NCBI GenBank assembly: GCA_002633005.1
Contig: NMRA01000260.1
Coordinates: forward strand, 298,328-362,327
Origin: Phoronis australis
Lineage: Eukaryota; Animalia; Phoronida
Direction: 5' to 3'
Length of the DNA stretch: 64,000 bases
The notes beneath the pieces are model-generated. The model searched no databases, was not told the DNA's origin, and saw nothing but the letters and a program-made list of their open reading frames with translations. Below, piece by piece: positions 57,982-64,000 of this stretch; position 1 is the first letter of the stretch, and every line of letters starts with the position of its first letter. Both the position numbers and the translations under genes were made by a program.

Positions 57982-58496
57982 ATATATTAGTCATGTAGGT
58001 GTACTACATACCATGGAGAATATTCATATTGACAACTTTCTTTGTGCGTTCTTAGTCAACACATTGCTTATAAGAACACAATTGTTTCACTTTTCACAAT
58101 TGGCTTTGTCAGTTTGTGTCGGAAAAATGCAGTATGCCTAATTAAAGAATGGACGTTTTCAGCATAAACATTACACTGGTTAACTTGACGAGTCCCAGCA
58201 AGGCGTGTCTTTAGTATCATGGAAAAAAGGCTTTGTAGACTTGTAATCACATTCTATCATGTGGATATATTATAATCAATGGGTAAGCTTTCAAAATTTA
58301 TTGAGTCATACAGACCTACTAGAACTGCATTATTGAGACGACGAATCGATCTGTACGATCTCATGAATCAGTTCAGGTGAGTTACCCGCCAGTAGTCGGT
58401 CGACTGCTAAAACGACAGAAAGGCCACTTTGAGAAGATCAAGATTCAAATAATAAACTGAGGATTCAAACAAGGGTCAGTTAACTATTCTACTTAC

Positions 58497-58650
58497 TCAG
58501 GTACGATTTTCAGTGACAGCGACTGCAAAGATTGATTACAAAGGCACACCTCGGGTACTGTACCATTCAAAACGTTATTAAAATCTCCCGCCAACTGGAG
58601 ATTTGGCGCACATCAAAAACTAGGTCAACAGGTCTCACATTTCCCGCCAC
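58497..58650 (-). promoter_or_regulatory. Candidate TYMS promoter and non-coding first exon with E2F sites and a CHR element
   Basis: Minus-strand GTAAGT donor at 58496-58491; TTTGAA (CHR) at 58571-58566; E2F-type TCTCCCGCCA at 58584-58593, TTTGGCGC at 58602-58609 and TTTCCCGC at 58640-58647, all within about 90 bp. Confidence 0.65.
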
Positions 58651-60204
58651 AATATCTGCTGCCAGAATGTGTGTGGAGTCGGTTCACAAACCTGATTGCA
58701 ACAACAGCGTTGTCAAACTCCATAATGGTGTGAACAGTCAAATCAATGCCATCTCAGGCAGGAAGGCATATGACCGTAGCTTTTCCAGAACGTAGATGTA
58801 AGAGAATTCTCCCGGTCGCCATCCCGTCGCGGCCGCCAAAGTGATTCCCCACCGGCTCGCCCCACCGGTCGCCATCAGCTTACCCTCTTCGCCATTATTC
58901 CCCCGTTCACGTCCTCTCACCGGCCCCAAGTTTTACTTCCGCCAGGAGTCTCAATCCCCCTCTCCTTCTATCGCCACCAATTTTAGGATGGCACTGCCGA
59001 AATGATTTTTTTTTGCTTGAATTTTTGCCCGAATCTGGGGACACCAGTCTGAAAAACATCATCAGCTCTTCTCAAGGAAATAATGATATAAATTCAGTCT
59101 CGCTTTCGAAAGTCTTTATAGAATTTGTGTGAGATAAATATTCTGACTGAGCGTGAATTCGGGCTTACTGGCAATAATGAATGCGGGTGACGCCGTCAAC
59201 CAAGTTAAATTTTATAGTACATCAATGTATATTCCACCCATATTGCTCTCCACAATTTCAGTCTCATTCAAATATACTTTTGTGATTTTATACTCTTATA
59301 TACTTACCTATCGTTGCCATTTCAATAAAGCGAAAGCTCGCCACAAAGTCTGCCTAGTTAAGTTTTTGTTATTTTTCTACATATTTGTAAAAATTAAAAG
59401 TCCAGTAAAAGTTTCTCATTTTTCGCATTTTTAAATTATTTCCTTCACGTTGTTTGAGTTCACGGTTGGGCGCCAAATGTAACAAATCAAATCTCCAAAG
59501 CTCAAATGCGTATCAGTCACCTTACACATTCATGTACAGTGTACATTACAGTTCAGTTCGCAATTAGCCTACACGCTCAATATAGTTCCACTAAGAAATA
59601 AAGAAATGACACACTTCTCTGAAGCCCGTCGATAGCGACCGAAGTGCCCGACACACAAAGTCGTATAAGAATAAATGTAACAATAACAACAAAATAAGCA
59701 TAATAATAAACGATGAGTAACGTCCCGTCATAGTGACGGATCTACGTTTTCAGTAAGGGAGGTTTAGGATTCCCGCAAAGGTCGAATCCTAGGGGCGTGG
59801 CGCCGAGCGGGGGGAGACATTTTTTTGTTTTTGTAGTCAAATAGTGAAATTTCCATGCATCCTGGTAAGTTTCTGGCACTTAACATGTCTCTGGAGTTTT
59901 TCTAAAGATAATTAAAAACCCTTTTCGATTTTGTCACATGAACTTGGCTCTGAGTTTCGTGAAACCATATTGTGCACATCTGGGTATAAGTCACGCCACC
60001 AGCAAATTTTTTGTTGGAACATCTGCTTACACACACCTTTTTTAGCATACGAAAAGTCGTATACGAAAAAGTGCGGTGTGTATGACAGGGGTTTAGACAA
60101 CTTCCAAATATTCAAGAGCATAAGGAGCACCAACGGGGCGTAAAAACTTGAATATCAGATGATCGCGTAACAGTAGCCTCAAGTTAATTGTTTAAGAACG
60201 AAGA

Positions 60205-60362
60205 CCTGCCTCCCGTTCAGTAACACTAGGACCTCCCTAAAAAGCAAGACTTCGCGAGATTACGTGAGATATTGTCGTGCATTTCAAATGAGAGCATGTG
60301 ACTTTGACTAGGTTTTAGGTAGGTCCTAGCGTAGGTCCTAGCGTCTACTGAACGCACGCCTG
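60205..60362. mobile_element. Short MITE-like inverted-repeat element
   Basis: CGTTCAGTAACACTAGGACCT / AGGTCCTAGCGTCTACTGAACG inverted pair. Confidence 0.5.
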
Positions 60363-61734
60363 TGCTGTTAGTCCGGAAACAAACATGTGTTCTGTCTCGT
60401 TACGAGAAAAACTGGCGAACGATGGTGCTCTCAGCTCATGGTCTATTATTAAAAGCGACAATAAATAATAAAGTATCACTTTATTCAGCTGAATCACGTT
60501 GAAAACAATTGAAAAACGCCGTCAACTGTTTCAGGAAACAAATCATCTGAAAACAGTTCTGTGCTCAGCGGTGAAAAGATATACTGAACTAGTTTGCAGA
60601 GGGACCAGATGTACACCGAGAGTACACAAAAAGCTGACCAGGCCGACCGTCACGAGACCAAGAGTACACCAGTGCTTATCCTTATAAAAATAGTCGATTT
60701 GTCTGTCGCGGGACCAAACAGTACTGGCTGAGATAAATAGTTTTACAAAGCACACTTTGGTAAAAAAAATCACAAGACTAGTTCGCCGAGGGACAGAAGT
60801 ACACTGAAACTCAACATCTACACAAGTCAAGCTGGCCTGGTCCGTCGTGCAACCTAACGTGTACTATGCAAAAAAATTATTCTTAAAACTTCTCTCTAGA
60901 CACTTTTTAATCCCCAGTGGTTACTCATGCATACGTTAGTCCTATCATTCTGTAGTCTAGACTGCCGAGGAATCTGTATATCGGATCCAGTGGTTTGCTC
61001 GTCTTGGAACCATTCTACCCAGATATCTTCGATGTTTGTTCCCAACGCTTGCACTTCGTCAACTGCTGTGTCAATGAGCTTGTAAGCCCCTACAATGACA
61101 GCATCTCGTTTCGCAGCTCAGTTGGCACTAAGACCCTTGAGGTTGTTAAGTCTATTCAAAAGACTTACATGCGCAACTAAATTTGATCCTTTCATCATGG
61201 ACTACTTCAAACCTTGACGATGTATCCCAGGACCTATTTGCATCTCTTGCAATTTTCGAAATAAACGTTCCAATGACTGAACGCTTGAAACTCGACGTAC
61301 TAGCATCAAGTAAATGCCCATGGGCATGAGCGTTTCGTCGGGTGGGCCTTTTTGCGGAAATTCCCTGTATAGAAGACGGCAATGTGCTTATTGCAGGTAG
61401 AAAGACGGTAGGTGTTGAGGTCGGAACTAGGGCTCCTTAGGAGGCCTATTGAACATCTCACGAGTCCCACAAGACTTCGTTGTGAAAGAACAGCCTCCCC
61501 GCAATTTCTGGTACTGTACACTGTTTGCAAATGAGGTCACTTTGTCAATGTGAGTGCCCCCTTGGTCATTCCTTGTATAGCCATAGCTTGTTAGAGTGTA
61601 TCTTCAAACGGACTCGCGACCAGACCACGGCGCCCGCCACAATAGCAATTCTTCGGAAAAAGAATTTTTTTCAAAAATATTACATGTACATGTACACTGC
61701 GCAAGACAACTTTACTATACATCAGTTACAAGAG

Positions 61735-62087
61735 CCATTCTCAATGAATCGCGACAATTCGACACCTGAGACACTCGATTTTCAAGTATCTTAATCTGGA
61801 GCTAACGTATTATTTTTTCTTAGTTTAACGTATGAATGATAAGTTTTGAACAATTTCCTCAGCTCAGCAAAAATGCAGTTATAGAGTTATTTTGTTGTTT
61901 TATTAGAGCAACTGGATAATTTATTTAAAAACATAAAAACGCGTTCGTTGGGTTAATTTTCAGTCTAGTTTGTTATCATTGACAACGAACAATCTCATTG
62001 TGCAATTTTATTAATCAGCATGCTTGTTAAAATCGAGAAAAACAGCTCATAGTATTTTCTACTTTCTTGTGTATTTTTCGTGGACAT
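61735..62087. mobile_element. Second, truncated copy of the 57096 MITE family
   Basis: Aligns with about 57096-57437 and stops exactly at the single N at 62088. Confidence 0.8.
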
Positions 62088-62319
62088 NCATTTGCTATAC
62101 AATTGTGCCTGACATCTAACACGTCACATGTCACGTCCCGTAAATGACAACTTAAGCGTTGACAATTGGGCTAAAGACTGTTAAGGTTAAAAACCTTTTA
62201 ACGGCAATTTTAACTGGGCTTTAAACGTCATTAGGAAAAGTCAAGATAGTCCAGCAATTCATCTGACGCCTTGAACGCTCTGCAGCTTTTCCAGTAGGTG
62301 CGAGGTCCATGACGAGATT

Positions 62320-62502
62320 CAGGATGTCATCTTTCCGTAGCCAAATCTTGTTTCTTTCGGCTGGCTACATAAACAATCCACTCATTTTACTGGACGGCTG
62401 CAAGAAGTTGACCTCCACAGGCAAGTCGACATCATCTGTGTCCACGACTTGTCCGAGATATCGGCGACCTTCATATTTACAAACAAAATTGCCTTGCTTC
62501 AC
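62320..62502 (-). pseudogene. Degenerate transposon-type Tudor/SH3-like domain remnant
   Basis: VKQGNFVCKYEGRRYLGQVV...VEVNFLQPS...LFM*PAERNKIWLRKDDIL; the stop falls at the W of an F-x-W-P motif that I recognise from DNA-transposon proteins. Confidence 0.5.
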
Positions 62503-64000
62503 TTATATATTGACTTCTTTGGTCTCAGCTAACACTCTGTTTGTTTCTTGTCTTCCGACTTTTTGTACTTCTGTCAGTTCTGACACAGGTACGAAATACC
62601 CGTAACTCGTTCTCTTTCTCTTCTAAGCCATTCGTCACCGAGTTGTGCCTTTTACGGGCTATCTAGACTATTCCTTCATCCGCTGAGACTTGGATTTTGG
62701 CATTCCGCAACGCAAACCAAAGTTACAAACTCTAATTAATAGGTATTAAATAAAATAAAAGATGTCATTATTATTTTTGCAAGGTCAGCTGCATCAAGTT
62801 ATGTATCGTCACAGATAGTAATTTAATTACTACTTAAAAATGAAATGAATTTGAGTGAAAATAGAACAAATCACTTACGGGACACTGGATATCATTTACG
62901 TGACAATTTTTTTACGAGAACTTATCAAGACCAACGTCAAGCAAATTCTAATCAAAGTATGTTTCACAGGAAGCATTTCGTCACTTCTTCTAGTACGTTA
63001 ATAACGACCCTAAAACGTGAATTATAAAAGTGACATTACCGAAAACTTGCCCAAAAGTTCTGGTGATTTCTTTAGCGAATATTTTCACACGGTGTCGATG
63101 TCAGCTGAAGCGCACGTGCTCGTTCTTGAAAAATTGACCTATATTCATGTCACACATGCCAATAGTAGGTGAAATCATAGATTATAGACAAACGCCGAGC
63201 ACGAAGTTTGCAGCCGTGACAATGTTCACAGATGAATGAAATGATGGTGAAATTAATTGGACTTGACCTAATTATAAAATTGTCGTCCTATAAATGAACT
63301 TTCGTAAATGATAAGCAACCGATTTCAAATGCCAGTTTTTTCATAAATGTTCGCTAAAAATTTTCAAAACTGTGCAATGATTTCGCACATCACCATAGCT
63401 TTGTAGAGTTCAGTTTCCACATCTTCATTTTAATCAACGCACTATTGTTGAATTTATGCACGTCTCGTAAATGATTCCAAAAAAATCCCACTGCGCTTCT
63501 TGAAATGCAGTGCCACAGAGCCAATTTCAGATAAGGCAAAGGTTTAAAAAAATAATGTCATCGCCGTTTTTTGTAAACGTGTGGAGTGTAATAGAATGAC
63601 ACGGCATGACAGATGAGGTAAAAACGTTGCACAAGGCGTCAATTCGCCTGAATACCAGGGTTGCGGCACCACAGTATCCCCTAATCAAATCAAAACATAT
63701 CTTAAAGTAAAGAAGCTAGTTACCTATAGAAATCAGCTATAGAGCTGCTCTTTCAGCGGTGGATCCATCTAAAATGCTTGGCTACTTCAGAAGTGTCACG
63801 ACGGAAGTGCGCGCACAGTTGATCTCCGCGCGTTTTGCCGATGAGCCACGACGACACAGCAATTTACAATGCAAAAAATTATATTTTCAGAGTGAATCCC
63901 CCGTCAGTTTTTTCCAAGTTGGTTTATTTGAGGTTTACACACGCTAGCAGTGCCGTTATTGCTTTGCTGGAGACGTTTTTGTTTTTCTTTTATTTTTGGG

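Overview
This is AT-rich, intron-rich animal genomic DNA, probably from a marine invertebrate (inferred from gene and repeat style; the taxon cannot be fixed from sequence alone). Most entries in the supplied ORF track are spurious or run through exon edges. Two convergent genes can be rebuilt by hand from GT-AG boundaries and reading phase. (1) On the + strand, a myelin regulatory factor (MYRF) orthologue has 21 phase-consistent coding exons from 8200 to the stop at 45335 (about 1,090-1,100 aa). It encodes an N-terminal acidic motif, a phosphodegron, an NLS and SUMO site, the NDT80/PhoG DNA-binding domain, the phage-tailspike-type peptidase S74/ICA self-cleavage domain, a TM helix and a luminal domain; its first coding exon is uncertain. 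(2) On the - strand, thymidylate synthase (TYMS) has 8 coding exons (55996-49491, 327 aa) and an E2F/CHR-type promoter near 58.6 kb. The introns and flanks hold many non-autonomous DNA transposons (Kolobok-like TTAA elements, one with a decayed THAP domain; Harbinger-like MITEs with 3-bp TSDs; one nested insertion), tRNA-derived repeats and minisatellites, plus an assembly gap at 41202-41684. I found no CRISPR array or prokaryotic system. The best leads are an 85-bp tandem repeat that quadruplicates a MYRF splice donor, a candidate internal first exon giving a MYRF without the acidic motif, and a KEN-box/CDK-site/NLS-bearing N-terminus on TYMS. All of these are hypotheses.
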